DNA of 64,000 nt, from the NCBI GenBank assembly GCA_965208575.1, contig CBDBOV010000006.1:128001-192000 (forward strand), written 5' to 3'. Positions within the stretch are counted from its first letter, which is position 1; every line of letters begins with the position of its first letter. Made by a program: the position numbers and the translations under genes. Shown piece by piece: positions 20,822 through 32,170 of the stretch. The notes under the pieces are model-generated. The model saw only the letters and a list, made by a program, of their open reading frames with translations, was not told the DNA's origin and searched no databases. This stretch comes from Spirochaetia bacterium (GTDB taxonomy: Bacteria; Spirochaetota; Spirochaetia; SZUA-6; Bin103).

Positions 20822-20987
20822 AGGCGCGTCGGGATGCGGCAGGCCAATCCGAAACAAGTGGCCGGCGACCGATGCACGTGCGGCACGGTGCGCCGCGGTT
20901 GGCGTCCTGGATCGACCGCGCCGGCTCACCGTGCCAGCCGGTGGCGCCGCACCGCGCGCCGGTCGGCGGCGGTTGCGGGGCACTGAC

Positions 20988-22100
20988 GTGGCAACCGATC
21001 TGGCGGCCCACGAAGCGCTGGCCGCGCCGCGCGCGAGCATCCCGCAGTGGCGGCTGGTGTGGCGCAAGTTCCGCAAGAGCCGGCTGGCGGTGGCCGGCGC
21101 CGTGGTCATCGTCATGTGCTACCTCATGGCCGCCTTCGCCGAGTTCTGCGCGCCCTACGATCCGCGCTTCCGCGACGTGGACCACCCGGCCGCGCCGCCG
21201 ATGCGGGTGCGCCTGTTCGCCGACGGAACGCTGCACCGGCCGTTCGTGTACGGCGTTGTGCAAACGGTGAACATGGAGACCCTTACCCGGAGCTACGAGA
21301 TCGACCCCGACCGGCGCCACCCGCTGGCCCTGTTCGTGCGCGGCGACGGCTACCGCCTGTGGGACCTGTGGGACGGAGAGATTCACTTGTTCGGCACCGC
21401 CGACGGCGGCCGGGCGTACCTGCTCGGCACCGACCGCGACGGCCGCGACCTCCTGTCGCGCATCATCCTCGGCTCCCGGCTGTCGCTGTCGATCGGCCTG
21501 GTGGGGGTGGCGCTGAGCTTCTGCTTCGGCATCGTGCTCGGTTCGGTCTCCGGCTATTTCGGCGGCGCGGTGGACATGGTGATCCAGCGCTTCATCGAGG
21601 TGCTCACCTCCATCCCCACCCTGCCGCTGTGGATGGGCCTGAGCGCCGCCCTGCCGCTGCGCTGGCCGGTGGTGAAGGTGTTCTTCTTCATCTCCCTGAT
21701 CCTGTCGCTGCTCGGCTGGCCGGAGCTGGCGCGGGTGGTGCGCGGCAAGTACCTGTCGCTGCGCGAGGAGGACTTCATCACCTCGGCGGTGCTGGACGGG
21801 GTGGGCACCCGCGGCGTGATCTTCCGCCACATGCTGCCGTCGTTCATGAGCCACATCATCGCCGCGGCGACCCTGGCGGTGCCGAGCATGATCCTGGCGG
21901 AGACCGCGCTCAGCTTTCTCGGCATCGGCCTGCGCCCGCCGGCGGTGAGTTGGGGCGTGCTGCTGCAGGACGCGCAGAGCGTCGACTCGGTGGTGGCGAT
22001 GCCGTGGCTGTTCACGCCCGGCCTGTTCGTGGTGGTCAGCGTGCTCGCCTTCAACTTCTTCGGCGACGGCCTCCGCGACGCCGCCGACCCCTACAAGTAG
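20988..22100 (+). CDS. ABC permease (OppC-like)
   Basis: LGTDRDGRDLLSR, RHMLP, GDGLRDAADPY. Confidence 0.92.
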   Translation: MATDLAAHEALAAPRASIPQWRLVWRKFRKSRLAVAGAVVIVMCYLMAAFAEFCAPYDPRFRDVDHPAAPPMRVRLFADGTLHRPFVYGVVQTVNMETLTRSYEIDPDRRHPLALFVRGDGYRLWDLWDGEIHLFGTADGGRAYLLGTDRDGRDLLSRIILGSRLSLSIGLVGVALSFCFGIVLGSVSGYFGGAVDMVIQRFIEVLTSIPTLPLWMGLSAALPLRWPVVKVFFFISLILSLLGWPELARVVRGKYLSLREEDFITSAVLDGVGTRGVIFRHMLPSFMSHIIAAATLAVPSMILAETALSFLGIGLRPPAVSWGVLLQDAQSVDSVVAMPWLFTPGLFVVVSVLAFNFFGDGLRDAADPYK

Positions 22101-22142
22101 GGGGGCCGTTCCACCACATTCCGTCGCCGGGCGCCGGCGAAG

Positions 22143-23708
22143 TCAGGCGTCGGCTACTTCGAACGCCGTGAGGTTACGCGTTGCGCGGCTGAATTCTACT
22201 CCGACCAGGTGGATCGGCTCGCCTCGTCCCCGGTACTTCGCCGCGTAGTCGCGCGCCTGCAACTGCGCCAGCGCCGATCCCGGCGGCGCCATCTCCGCCA
22301 CCTTGAACTCGAACAGGTACACGTGCCCGTACGCGCGCACCGCCATGTCCAGCCGCCCGTGGCTGCTCGACTCTTCCACCGCGATCTCGTACCCCAGCGC
22401 GGCGAAGTAGGAGTAGAACACGCTCGCGTAGAAGCCCTCGTACTCGGCAATGTCGTTGTTGGTGTACCATTGGTAGGGAATGCTCGCGTAGAACGCCTGA
22501 AACAGCTCCTTCAGCCCCGCGCAGTCGTGCGCTTCAAGCAGCCGCGCCAGCCGCATGCTGTTCGCCGTCTGCCGGTCGGCATCCTGCACCAGGTGCAGCA
22601 GCAGTTGTTCGTTCAGGCTCTCACGCACCTCCCGGTTCGGATAGCCGAGCCGATAGAGCGTCCTGCCTCCCAGCCGCTCTTCTCCCGTTATCGTCAGGTA
22701 GCCGGTCTGGAACAGCAGCGCCTCGGTGCCGATGTGCTCAGCGGCGGAGCGGCCGCCGACGTCGAACGCCGACAGCAGTCTCTCCGTGCTCACCATCTCG
22801 TCCAGTGCCACCGTCGACACCCGACGCTTGAACAGCGTCTCCACCAGGAACGCCGGCGTCCCGGTCTCGAACCAGTGCGCGGCGAACCGCCGCCGCCTGA
22901 GCAGCAGCAGCACGTCGTAGGGGTTGTACACCTTCTCGTCGCCCAGCCAGCCGTAGCCGTTGTACCACTCGCGCACCCGCTCCCGGTCCAGGCCGGCCAT
23001 CTCGGGGCCGAACACCGTGTCCAGGTCACGCTCGGTGTAGCCGCAGATCGACGAGTAGACCGGATCGAGCGTGATGTCCGTGAGGTTGTTCAGTTGGGAA
23101 AAGAGGTTCACCTTGGAGAACTTGCTGATGCCGGTAAGGAACGCGAACCGCACGTGTGCGTCGCTGTCCTTGATCACGCCGTACAGGCCGCGCAGGAAGT
23201 CACGGTTGGCGCGCGCCACTTCGGGCTTTTCCAGCGCGTCCAGGATCGGCTTGTCGTACTCGTCCACCAGCACTGCCACGCGCTGCTCCGCCCTCAGATG
23301 CAGTACTTCGAGCAGGTGAGCGAACCGCTCCGGCGCCGTGGCGTAATCAGACCTCGCACCGGTCCGCCGCTGCACGGCATCCAACTGCGCCATCACGTTA
23401 CCTTCAACCGTGTCCGGTTCTCCGAAATGGCGGCCGCCAAAGCTCAACCGCACCACCGGGTGGCGAGCCGACCAGTCCCACCGCTCGTGGATGTACAGCC
23501 CCGCGAACAGCTCCTCGCTGCCCTCGAACAGCTCCCCCAGCGTGTCCAGTAACAGGCTCTTCCCGAACCGCCTCGGACGTGACAGGAAGTAGTGGGTGCC
23601 TTCGTCCAACAGACGTTCGATGAAGTACGTCTTGTCGACATAGTAGCAGTCCCGCTCCCGCAGCGTGCGGAATGTCTGTATGCCGATCGGCAGTCTGCGG
23701 CGGGTCAC
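22143..23708 (-). CDS. AAA-ATPase-like protein with C-terminal PD-(D/E)XK nuclease (PDDEXK_9 type)
   Basis: LPIGIQTF, YYVDKT, SRPRRFGKSL, LVDEYDKP, GRLDM...FEFK. Confidence 0.92.
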   Translation of the reverse strand: MTRRRLPIGIQTFRTLRERDCYYVDKTYFIERLLDEGTHYFLSRPRRFGKSLLLDTLGELFEGSEELFAGLYIHERWDWSARHPVVRLSFGGRHFGEPDTVEGNVMAQLDAVQRRTGARSDYATAPERFAHLLEVLHLRAEQRVAVLVDEYDKPILDALEKPEVARANRDFLRGLYGVIKDSDAHVRFAFLTGISKFSKVNLFSQLNNLTDITLDPVYSSICGYTERDLDTVFGPEMAGLDRERVREWYNGYGWLGDEKVYNPYDVLLLLRRRRFAAHWFETGTPAFLVETLFKRRVSTVALDEMVSTERLLSAFDVGGRSAAEHIGTEALLFQTGYLTITGEERLGGRTLYRLGYPNREVRESLNEQLLLHLVQDADRQTANSMRLARLLEAHDCAGLKELFQAFYASIPYQWYTNNDIAEYEGFYASVFYSYFAALGYEIAVEESSSHGRLDMAVRAYGHVYLFEFKVAEMAPPGSALAQLQARDYAAKYRGRGEPIHLVGVEFSRATRNLTAFEVADA

Positions 23709-24062
23709 CGGCTCATCCTACCCTATGCGCGCCGGCTCTGTCGGGGACTCGGGGAAGCAGCGAGTTGACGCCGGCGGCCGACGGCAGGGGCGTCCTCGAC
23801 AGCCGCAGGCTGCGGCCGCCGCTGCGACGATGGCCGCTGTGGCCAACGCTTCGCTTCCTTGACGGGCACTCACAACCGTGCTACCAACAAAGGTCATAAC
23901 AGATACGGGAGGTGACGACGGAAGGGAATACCGAGAAGCGCTGAGGATCGAGACGCATCACGAGCCGGACGCTGCCTGACTCTCATTACATCCATCGAAA
24001 GAAACCTCAGGATTTAGCCGTTTGCAGTACATACCGGATCAACTGTTTCTGGAGGAACAAAC

Positions 24063-26045
24063 ATGAACAGGAGACACGGAACGGCACTTGTCATTGGCAT
24101 TATCGCGCTGAGCATGTCCACACCATTTGTGTTCGCTGCCGCCGCCGACGAGACCGCCGCCGAGGCCGCTCCCGAGCAGGACATGGTGGTCTATGACACC
24201 TACCACTGGGCGACGCCTGCCGAGTTCGAACAAGCCACGGGCCAACAGGTGGGCGAGTACAACGAAGCTCCCATGCTGGCCGCCATGGTTGCCGCGGGAG
24301 ACCTGCCACCCGTAGAAGACAGGCTGCCGAACGAACCACTGGTGATAGGCAAGAAGATCGGCAAGTACGGCGGCACCATGTACATGGCCAACCCGTGGAA
24401 GGCCTGGTCCTACGGGGCGGAGCCTTACAGCCTGTACGGGTTCGGCATAGCGGAACACACCTGGACCTACCACATCTACCCGAACCTGGCGAAGAGCTAC
24501 GACATGGAGGATGCGGGCCGGGGCTGGGTGATACACCTCCGCGAGGGCCTGAAGTGGTCCGATGGAGCGCCGTTCACCGCCGATGACGTGGTATTCTGGT
24601 GGGAAGACATCACCACGATGCAACCGCATCCCGACGTGTTCACCAAGCACCAGATGGAGACGCACGTCTACAAGGGCGTCGAAAAGATCGACGACTACAC
24701 CCTCAGGTTCACCTTCAACGGCCCCACGCGCGACGTATTCTTCAGCGTCCAGGCGGGCAAGGCGATCGCCGGATTCGCCAAGCACTACTTCAAGCAGTTC
24801 CATCCCACCTATGCGGACGCAGGGGACCTGGATGCGCTTGTGAAGGAAGGCGGGTTCGATTCCTGGCAGACGCTGTTCGCCAACAAGTTCGATCAGCGCG
24901 GCCTGCACAACACGGAACGGCCGGTGCTGCTTCCCTGGACCCTGTCCAAGGGCACTCCCGGCGACATCATCATGACCAGGAACCCGTACTACTGGGTGGT
25001 GGACCCGGCCGGCAATCAGCTCCCCTATATCGACGAACTGTACCGCTTCATGGAGCTGGAGTTGGAGACCATCAACCTGAAGGCGCTCGCCGGCGAGCTG
25101 GACGTGGCGCGAGTCAGCATGGAGACCTACAATATCGCCAAGGACCGCGAGGACCAGGGCAAGATTGTCGCGGCACGGTACGCGGCTTCGGACCGCGTGC
25201 ACACCGCGTTCGGATTCAACTTGACGCACAAGGATCCGGTCCTGAGAGAGATCTTCCGGGACAAGCGGTTTCGATTCGCCACCTCCCATGCCCTCAATCG
25301 CGAGCAGATGAACGAGCTGGTGTTCAATGGCTTGTCGCGGCCGTGGCAGGACGGGACGCCGGAGGGCGATCCTTACTACCACGAGCGGCTGGCAACCACG
25401 GCGACCGAGTACGATCCGGACAAGGCAAACGCCCTGCTGGACGAAATGGGCCTGGAGAAGGGCTCGGACGGGTTCCGCACACGTCCCGATGGCAGCAAGC
25501 TTCAGATCACCATGATCAGCCGCACCAACCGGGGGCCCGGGGAGCGCATCGCGGAGCTGATAGCCGACGACCTGAAGGCGGTCGGGCTGGACGTCAACCT
25601 GCGGATTGTCGAGCGCAGCCTGATGGTCGAGACGTGCCGTGCCAATGAAATCGAGATGAAGGTCGACGACGGCGGAGCAGCCGGCATGACGTTCAGCGGC
25701 TACTTCGAAGGCCACCTGGTGCCGGCGCATCCGACCTGCCCCTTCTCGCCGGGGTGGCAACGTTGGGGGGTGGATCCGAGCACGGGCGAGGAACCGCTTC
25801 CCGCCATGCAGGAGGCCATGGCGGCCTATAGAGCGGGTTTCGAGACCATCGACCTGGCGGAGCGCCAGGAACTGTGGGCACGGGTGGCCGATATCGGCGC
25901 CGACAACCTGTGGGCGGTCGGCACCGTCACGTCGCCGGGTTACTTCAAGATATACAGTTCACGCCTGGACAACTGGCCCACGGACGAACTGCCGTTCGAC
26001 CGTGGCGGCGACAAGGGACGCCCCGACATCTACTTCTTCAAGTAG
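24063..26045 (+). CDS. ABC substrate-binding protein, family 5 (paralog of 17595)
   Basis: LPPVEDRLP, GKYGG, NQLPYID; shares the DRGGDKGRP C-terminus. Confidence 0.93.
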   Translation: MNRRHGTALVIGIIALSMSTPFVFAAAADETAAEAAPEQDMVVYDTYHWATPAEFEQATGQQVGEYNEAPMLAAMVAAGDLPPVEDRLPNEPLVIGKKIGKYGGTMYMANPWKAWSYGAEPYSLYGFGIAEHTWTYHIYPNLAKSYDMEDAGRGWVIHLREGLKWSDGAPFTADDVVFWWEDITTMQPHPDVFTKHQMETHVYKGVEKIDDYTLRFTFNGPTRDVFFSVQAGKAIAGFAKHYFKQFHPTYADAGDLDALVKEGGFDSWQTLFANKFDQRGLHNTERPVLLPWTLSKGTPGDIIMTRNPYYWVVDPAGNQLPYIDELYRFMELELETINLKALAGELDVARVSMETYNIAKDREDQGKIVAARYAASDRVHTAFGFNLTHKDPVLREIFRDKRFRFATSHALNREQMNELVFNGLSRPWQDGTPEGDPYYHERLATTATEYDPDKANALLDEMGLEKGSDGFRTRPDGSKLQITMISRTNRGPGERIAELIADDLKAVGLDVNLRIVERSLMVETCRANEIEMKVDDGGAAGMTFSGYFEGHLVPAHPTCPFSPGWQRWGVDPSTGEEPLPAMQEAMAAYRAGFETIDLAERQELWARVADIGADNLWAVGTVTSPGYFKIYSSRLDNWPTDELPFDRGGDKGRPDIYFFK

Positions 26046-26063
26046 TATCGGCTCTGGAACCGG

Positions 26064-26094
26064 CGGGAGGGGAGCGCCATATGCTCCCCTCCCG
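26064..26094 (+). terminator. Intercistronic stem-loop
   Basis: cgggaggggagc...gctcccctcccg. Confidence 0.6.
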
Positions 26095-26145
26095 AATTCT
26101 CTGCGCTACCGCGAGCCAGCACGCTTATTCGCACCAATTTGACGC

Positions 26146-27132
26146 ATGGTAGATTACCTGATTCGACGCATTCTGCTCGTCCTGCCAACTCTCCTCGTCG
26201 TATCCATTCTTGCGTTCCTGGTGATGGAAGCGCCGCCCGGCGACTTCGTTACCACCTACATCGCGGGCCAAGCCACCTTGGGCGTACAGGTCGGCGGCAT
26301 CGAAGTCGAAGAGCAGTTGCGGGAGATCTGGGGCCTCGACAAACCGCTGCACATTCGCTACCTCAGGTGGATCGGCAACCTGCTCAGGGGCGAGCTCGGC
26401 TACTCGCTGTTCTGGCAGGCACCGGTCAAGGAAATCATCGCTTCCCGGTTTATCCTCAGCATGGTGATACCGGCCGTGGCCACCGGATTCGTCTGGGTCG
26501 TGGCATTTCCCATCGGCATCTACTCGGCCACCCACCAGTACTCGGCTTCCGATACAACACTGACCCTGCTCGGCTTTCTCGGCCTGTCCATCCCCAACTT
26601 CCTGCTGGCCCTCGTTCTGATCTATCTCGGCAACACCTATTTCGGCATTTCGGTCGGCGGTCTGTTTTCCAAGGAATATCTCAGAGCTTCGTGGAGCCTG
26701 GGAAAGGCACTCGACTTCATCAAGCACCTGTGGATTCCGATCATCGTCGTCGGCACCGCCGGAACGGCTGGTTTGATCCGCATCATTCGCGCCAACCTGC
26801 TTGACGAAATAGGCAAGTCGTACGTGGAAATGGCCAGGTCCAAGGGCCTGTCGGAACCGCGGCTCATTTTCAAATACCCGGTACGGATCGCCATCAGTCC
26901 GTTCATTTCGTCGATCGGCTGGGTGTTGCCGGGAATGATCTCCGGCGAGGTGATCGTGTCCGTGGTGCTCGGCCTGCCGACCGCCGGTCCGATATTCCTG
27001 CGCGCGCTGCGCATGCAGGACATGCAGCTCGCCGGTGCCTATATCATGCTCATTTCGGTATTCACGATCGTCGGGGTGTTTCTGTCCGATATTCTGCTGG
27101 TCATTGTCGACCCGAGAATCCGGTATACCTGA
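26146..27132 (+). CDS. ABC permease (OppB-like)
   Basis: Paralog of 19835-20821. Confidence 0.93.
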   Translation: MVDYLIRRILLVLPTLLVVSILAFLVMEAPPGDFVTTYIAGQATLGVQVGGIEVEEQLREIWGLDKPLHIRYLRWIGNLLRGELGYSLFWQAPVKEIIASRFILSMVIPAVATGFVWVVAFPIGIYSATHQYSASDTTLTLLGFLGLSIPNFLLALVLIYLGNTYFGISVGGLFSKEYLRASWSLGKALDFIKHLWIPIIVVGTAGTAGLIRIIRANLLDEIGKSYVEMARSKGLSEPRLIFKYPVRIAISPFISSIGWVLPGMISGEVIVSVVLGLPTAGPIFLRALRMQDMQLAGAYIMLISVFTIVGVFLSDILLVIVDPRIRYT

Positions 27133-27136
27133 CGAA

Positions 27137-28213
27137 ATGAGAGAGGGTCTCCACAGCGCCTCTCAATCGCGGCTGATCTGGCGCAAGTTCAAGAAGAGCC
27201 GCGTCGCGGTGGGTTCGGCGATTGTCATCGTCCTGTTCTACCTGATGGCCGCCTTTGCCGAGTTCGTGACGCCCTACGATCCCGGCGCGCGTGACATGAA
27301 TCATCCGTCAGCCCCGCCCATGATGGTGCGCATTGTCGGCGATGGGCGCTTGCAGATGCCGTTCGTGTATGGCCTGAAGAAGGACACGGGCACGTACGCG
27401 CGCAGGTACGTCGTGGACAAGACCAGGAAGTATCCGCTTGCCTTGTTCGTGCGCGGAGACAGATACCGGATGTGGGGCGTGGTGAACAGCGACCTGCACC
27501 TGTTCGGAACGCCGCATGACACCCGAGTCTACCTGTTTGGCACCGACAAGGACGGACGCGACCTGCTGTCACGGATCATCCACGGGGCGCGGCTGTCGCT
27601 GTCGATAGGGTTCGTCGGCGTCGCGATAAGCTTCTCGATCGGCATTGTGCTGGGATCGATATCCGGCTACTTCGGGGGAGTCGTGGACATGGTCATTCAG
27701 CGATTCATCGAGATTCTGAGCTCCATTCCGACGCTTCCGTTATGGATGGGGCTGAGCGCCTCCCTGCCCCTGCGCTGGTCCGTAATCGAGGTGTTCTTCG
27801 CCATTTCGGTGATCCTGTCGTTGCTGGGTTGGCCGGAGATGGCGCGCGTGGTGCGAGGCAAGTTCCTGGCGCTGCGGTCGGAGGACTTCATCGTTTCCGC
27901 GCGCCTGGACGGGGTCCGCACCAGCGGTCTCATGTTTCGTCACATGCTGCCGCTGTTCCTCAGCCACATCATTGCGGCGGCGACGTTGGCGATTCCGGGC
28001 ATGATCCTGGCCGAGACCAGCCTCAGCTTCCTGGGCATCGGGCTCAGAACACCCGCGATAAGCTGGGGCGTGCTGCTGCAGGCGGCTCAGAACACGGAAA
28101 CGGTGGCCTCGGCGCCGTGGCTGTTCATTCCCGGCGCGTTCGTGGTGGTCGCCGTACTCGGCTTCAACTTCCTCGGCGATGGGCTTCGCGATGCCGCCGA
28201 TCCCTACAAGTAG
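27137..28213 (+). CDS. ABC permease (OppC-like)
   Basis: Paralog of 20988-22100; start uncertain. Confidence 0.9.
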   Translation: MREGLHSASQSRLIWRKFKKSRVAVGSAIVIVLFYLMAAFAEFVTPYDPGARDMNHPSAPPMMVRIVGDGRLQMPFVYGLKKDTGTYARRYVVDKTRKYPLALFVRGDRYRMWGVVNSDLHLFGTPHDTRVYLFGTDKDGRDLLSRIIHGARLSLSIGFVGVAISFSIGIVLGSISGYFGGVVDMVIQRFIEILSSIPTLPLWMGLSASLPLRWSVIEVFFAISVILSLLGWPEMARVVRGKFLALRSEDFIVSARLDGVRTSGLMFRHMLPLFLSHIIAAATLAIPGMILAETSLSFLGIGLRTPAISWGVLLQAAQNTETVASAPWLFIPGAFVVVAVLGFNFLGDGLRDAADPYK

Positions 28214-28283
28214 CACCTCCGCCGCTCGGCCGCTCTCGGCCGCGCAGCGAGTTGACACCGTATAGCCCGCGTGCAGAATTGAA

Positions 28284-29306
28284 TTGGAGCGCGCGGTGGA
28301 CGACAAGCTGCTGGAAGTGAAAGACCTGTCCATTTCGTTCCCGACCGAGGCGGGGGTGATCCGGGCGGTCAACGAGGTGTCGTTCGAGGTGCCGCGGCGC
28401 ACCACCGTCGGCGTGGTGGGCGAGAGCGGCTGCGGCAAGTCGGTCACCGCACGCGCGCTGCTCAACATCGTGCAGCCGCCGGGGCGCATCGACGGAGGCC
28501 AGGTGCTGTTCCACGGCGACGACGACGCGGGCGAGCCGGTCGACCTGCTGTCGATGGCGCCCAAGGGCGCGGCCATCCGCCACTTCCGCGGCAAGCGCAT
28601 CGCCATGATCTTCCAGGATCCGATGACCTGCCTGAGCCCGGTGCACACGGTGGGCAACCAGATCGCCGAGTCTATCCGCATCCACGACCGCGACGTATCT
28701 GCGCGCGAGGCGCGCGAGCGGGCGGTGGCGCTGCTGTCCGAGGTGGGCATCCCCAACCCGGCGGGACGCCTGGACTCCTACTCCTTCGAGCTCAGCGGCG
28801 GCATGCGGCAGCGCGCGCTGATGGCGGTGGCGCTGGCCGCGGAGCCGGAGCTGCTGATCGCGGACGAGCCCACCACCGCCATCGACGTCACCATCCAGGC
28901 CAAGTTCCTGGACCTGATTCAGCGCCTGCAGCACGAGCGCCACATGTCGATCCTGTTCATCACCCACGACCTGGGCGTGATCGCCGAGATCAGCCGCGTG
29001 GTGGTGGTGATGTACCTCGGCCGCGTGGTCGAGGTCGGCCGGGTGGAGGAGATCTACGAGCGCCCCCTGCACCCCTACACCCAGCTCCTGTTCCGGTCGA
29101 TCCCCAACGAGCACGTGCCGCGCAAGACGCCGCTGGCGCAGATCAAGGGCGTGGTGCCCGATCCGTTCTCGCGCCCCCCCGGCTGCCCGTTCAGCGACCG
29201 CTGCCCCAGCTTCGTGCAGGGCACCTGCGACGCGGCGGTGCCCCCATTGTACGAGGTGGAAGAAGACCACCACGCCCGCTGCTTCCTCTACGAGGCTGAC
29301 GCGTGA
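28284..29306 (+). CDS. ABC ATP-binding subunit (OppD/DppD-like)
   Basis: [25 protein letters not shown], oligo_HPY C-terminus. Confidence 0.94.
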   Translation: MERAVDDKLLEVKDLSISFPTEAGVIRAVNEVSFEVPRRTTVGVVGESGCGKSVTARALLNIVQPPGRIDGGQVLFHGDDDAGEPVDLLSMAPKGAAIRHFRGKRIAMIFQDPMTCLSPVHTVGNQIAESIRIHDRDVSAREARERAVALLSEVGIPNPAGRLDSYSFELSGGMRQRALMAVALAAEPELLIADEPTTAIDVTIQAKFLDLIQRLQHERHMSILFITHDLGVIAEISRVVVVMYLGRVVEVGRVEEIYERPLHPYTQLLFRSIPNEHVPRKTPLAQIKGVVPDPFSRPPGCPFSDRCPSFVQGTCDAAVPPLYEVEEDHHARCFLYEADA

Positions 29307-29388
29307 GCGGCGGGCTCGTAGAGCAGGTCAGGCTGGGCGGGCGGCGGCGCCACGGGCGCCGGCGCACGGGCGACGACGAGGCCGGCGG

Positions 29389-30408
29389 GTGAGCCACAAC
29401 GCGAACGGGGCGCTGCTGGAGTTGCGGCGCCTGCGCAAGCACTTTCCGATCCAGCGCGGGGTGTTGCGGCGCACCGTGGGCTGGATCCGCGCGGTGGACG
29501 ACATCGACCTGGAGGTGAACACCGGCGAGACCGTGGGCCTGGTCGGCGAGAGCGGCTGCGGCAAGACCACCGCCCTGCGCACCATCGTGCGCGCCGTCGA
29601 GCCGACCGCCGGCGAGATTCTGTTCCGGACCAATGGCGAGATGCAGTCGATCACCGCTCTCGAATCCGACGCGTTGCGGGAGGTGCGGCAGCAGATACGG
29701 GTGATCTTTCAGGATCCTCAGTCGTCGCTCAATCCGCGCTTCAAAATCCGGGACATCATCGCCGAGCCGCTCAAGGCCTACGGCGTGACCGCCAGCCGCG
29801 GCGAGCTCGACGACATTGTCGTGGACACCATGGAGCGGGTCGGGCTCGACCGCGCCTACGTCAACCACTACCCCTACTCGCTCAGCGGCGGCCAGCGCCA
29901 GCGGGTCGGCATCGCCCGCGCCCTGACCACGAGCCCGCGCCTGATCCTGGCCGACGAGCCCACCTCTGCCCTGGACGCCAGCGTGCAGGCGCAGATCATC
30001 AACCTGCTGCTGCGCCTGCAGGAAGAGATGAGCCTGTCGATGCTGTTCGTGACCCACGACCTGAGCGTGGTGCGCCACGTCAGCGACCGCATCGCGATCA
30101 TGTACCTGGGCGAGATCGTGGAGCTGGGCGACACCGACGAGGTGTTCCGGCGCCCCCGCCACCCCTACACCGAGGCGCTGTTCGCGGCCATCCCCAAGCC
30201 CGACCCACGCCAGCCCAGCCGCCGCATCATCGTCGAGGGCGACATCCCCGACGCCGCGCACCGGCCGCCCGGCTGCCCCTTTCACCCCCGCTGCCGCTAC
30301 GCCACCGACCGGTGCTCAACCGAGAAGCCGGCTCTCGAGCACCGCGACGGCGCCCACCCCGTAGCCTGCCACTTCCCCCTCCCCCACGAAGAACCCGCCT
30401 CACCTTAG
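29389..30408 (+). CDS. ABC ATP-binding subunit (OppF/DppF-like)
   Basis: GESGCGKT, LSGGQRQR, HPYTEAL, GCPFHPRC. Confidence 0.94.
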   Translation: MSHNANGALLELRRLRKHFPIQRGVLRRTVGWIRAVDDIDLEVNTGETVGLVGESGCGKTTALRTIVRAVEPTAGEILFRTNGEMQSITALESDALREVRQQIRVIFQDPQSSLNPRFKIRDIIAEPLKAYGVTASRGELDDIVVDTMERVGLDRAYVNHYPYSLSGGQRQRVGIARALTTSPRLILADEPTSALDASVQAQIINLLLRLQEEMSLSMLFVTHDLSVVRHVSDRIAIMYLGEIVELGDTDEVFRRPRHPYTEALFAAIPKPDPRQPSRRIIVEGDIPDAAHRPPGCPFHPRCRYATDRCSTEKPALEHRDGAHPVACHFPLPHEEPASP

Positions 30409-30528
30409 TCCCGGGTACGAACAGATGAGTCGGCGGTCCTGACCTCGAACGATACCCATCCTGGGCAGCCATAAACGAGCCTCAACGTATGGTCGCCCTG
30501 ACGAAGCTCCGAAACGTCCCGTTATCAC
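30400..30528 (-). pseudogene. Remnant of an aspartyl-protease-like partner gene (internally deleted)
   Basis: VITGRFGASSGRPYVEARLWLPR N-terminus directly after the DUF5678 gene; the DTG motif is absent. Confidence 0.4.
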
Positions 30529-30534
30529 TATTGT

Positions 30535-30801
30535 CTACAGGATCAGTGTGCGAGGTTCGCGTTCCATATAGCGAATGATCACGCGGTCGCGTGGGACGCC
30601 GCTCGCTTCCAACTCACCGATAACTTCTTCAAGGCTGGCGCCGTGAGACGCGACTCTGCCGTCATGTACCGCGACCCACTGCTGTGGGTAGTCGTTCAAT
30701 AGTTGCGTGTCAGCTTGGGACAGTACCTGGACCGACTCGGCATATGCCTGCAAGTCCTCCCAAACCCTCTGCGGGTCGCCTATGTGTTGAAGGTCAATCA
30801 T
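30535..30801 (-). CDS. DUF5678-like small protein
   Basis: YPQQWVAVHDGRVASHG motif. Confidence 0.75.
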   Translation of the reverse strand: MIDLQHIGDPQRVWEDLQAYAESVQVLSQADTQLLNDYPQQWVAVHDGRVASHGASLEEVIGELEASGVPRDRVIIRYMEREPRTLIL

Positions 30802-30908
30802 GGTGGTTCGTTCCTCCAGTGGCCAACTCTACGAACTATACTTGGTGATCATCTGCATGCGCAAATTGACTTGACGCCCTACGTTGCGCCGAAGGGTTCA
30901 ACGCCTCT

Positions 30909-31907
30909 CTACGCGCACACGGGTTCGGTGCCGCGCCAGCGGTGGGCCGGATTCGCCGGCGGATGGGCGGCCAACCGGTCGCGGGCGGCGTACCAGAGCC
31001 GGGCCCACGCATCCGGGTCGCGCAGCTCGCTGCCCGGATCGCGCCGGCTGCGGGCCACGAAGCCGGGGAACTCGGGGCGGCCGGTGGGCTGGCCGGTGGG
31101 GTTGTAGCGAAGGTCGAGGCTCCAGCGGATCTCGTCGCTGACGTTGGGGAGGGAGCCGTGGATGGTGTGCTTGTGCATCAGGATCACGTCGCCGGAACGC
31201 ACCGGAACGGGGGTGGCGCGGTCCAGGTCCATGAGCGTGTCGGGGATGGCCAGCGGGCGCCCCGGTATGTTCGGGCAGTGGGTGCGCAGCGCCTGCCGGT
31301 GGCTGCCGGGAATCACCTGCAGGCAGCCGCGCTCCACGGGAGCGTCGGACAGCGCGATCCATACCGTGAGCATGTCGGTGCCGTCGGCGACCGGGTCCAC
31401 CACGCCGTTGTCCTGGTGCCACGGGTTGGCGCACGCCAGCACGTCGGTGGAGCCGTCGGGGAGCAGGCGCTCTGGCGGCTTGATGCGGATGTGCTGCACC
31501 GGGTTGGAGTAGATTTCCGGGCCGATGAGGCACTCGACCAGGTCCAGAACCCGCTCGTGGGTGATGATCCGGAACACCGCCGGCCCCGCCCAGAACGGGG
31601 TGTCCGGGGTCACGCCGCGGGTCAGCAGGCTGGGGTCGAAGTAGCGGGAGTGGTCGCGCCCGGACTCGCGGTAGATACGGATCAGCCGCTCGGCGAACGC
31701 GAGATCGGTGTAGGCGGAGGCGATCTCGCCACGGTCATGCAACTCGCCCGCCAGCCGGTCGAGCACCCCGCCATACTCCGCAAACAACGGCTCGACCACC
31801 GCCGCCGGGTCCAGCACGCCCTCGACGCGCAGGTAGCCGTCACGCTCGAATCGGCTGAGTTGAGCGGAATTCAAACGGCGCCTCCCGGCCCGTGCGCCAC
31901 GGCTCAT
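30909..31907 (-). CDS. Phytanoyl-CoA dioxygenase (PhyH) family Fe/2OG enzyme
   Basis: FERDGYL, PWHQD, TVWIAL, GCLQVIPGSH, HGSLPN, RWSLDLRY; RBS ggagg. Confidence 0.92.
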   Translation of the reverse strand: MSRGARAGRRRLNSAQLSRFERDGYLRVEGVLDPAAVVEPLFAEYGGVLDRLAGELHDRGEIASAYTDLAFAERLIRIYRESGRDHSRYFDPSLLTRGVTPDTPFWAGPAVFRIITHERVLDLVECLIGPEIYSNPVQHIRIKPPERLLPDGSTDVLACANPWHQDNGVVDPVADGTDMLTVWIALSDAPVERGCLQVIPGSHRQALRTHCPNIPGRPLAIPDTLMDLDRATPVPVRSGDVILMHKHTIHGSLPNVSDEIRWSLDLRYNPTGQPTGRPEFPGFVARSRRDPGSELRDPDAWARLWYAARDRLAAHPPANPAHRWRGTEPVCA

Positions 31908-31964
31908 CTTCGCCTCCTGCGATGACCATACCACGCCGGAGCAAGCGGGGGTCACGGGCCTCCG

Positions 31965-32170
31965 GGGCGGGCGCCGCGGGCGAGACCGACCCGCGGCACG
32001 ACTTCTACGGCTACATGGCGCAGACCATTCCGCATGCCTCCTACATCCGCACCAAGTTCTACCGCGTCGACAGCGGCACCGAGAAGTGGCTCGACTACAA
32101 GCGCATCGCCGCGATCATCAAGGCCACGGCTACAACGGCTGCATCTCCATCGTCTACGAGGGCGAGCACC
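31965..32170 (+). pseudogene. C-terminal fragment of a sugar-phosphate isomerase/epimerase (TIM barrel)
   Basis: ...LDYKRIAAII-(frameshift)-GYNGCISIVYEG. Confidence 0.55.
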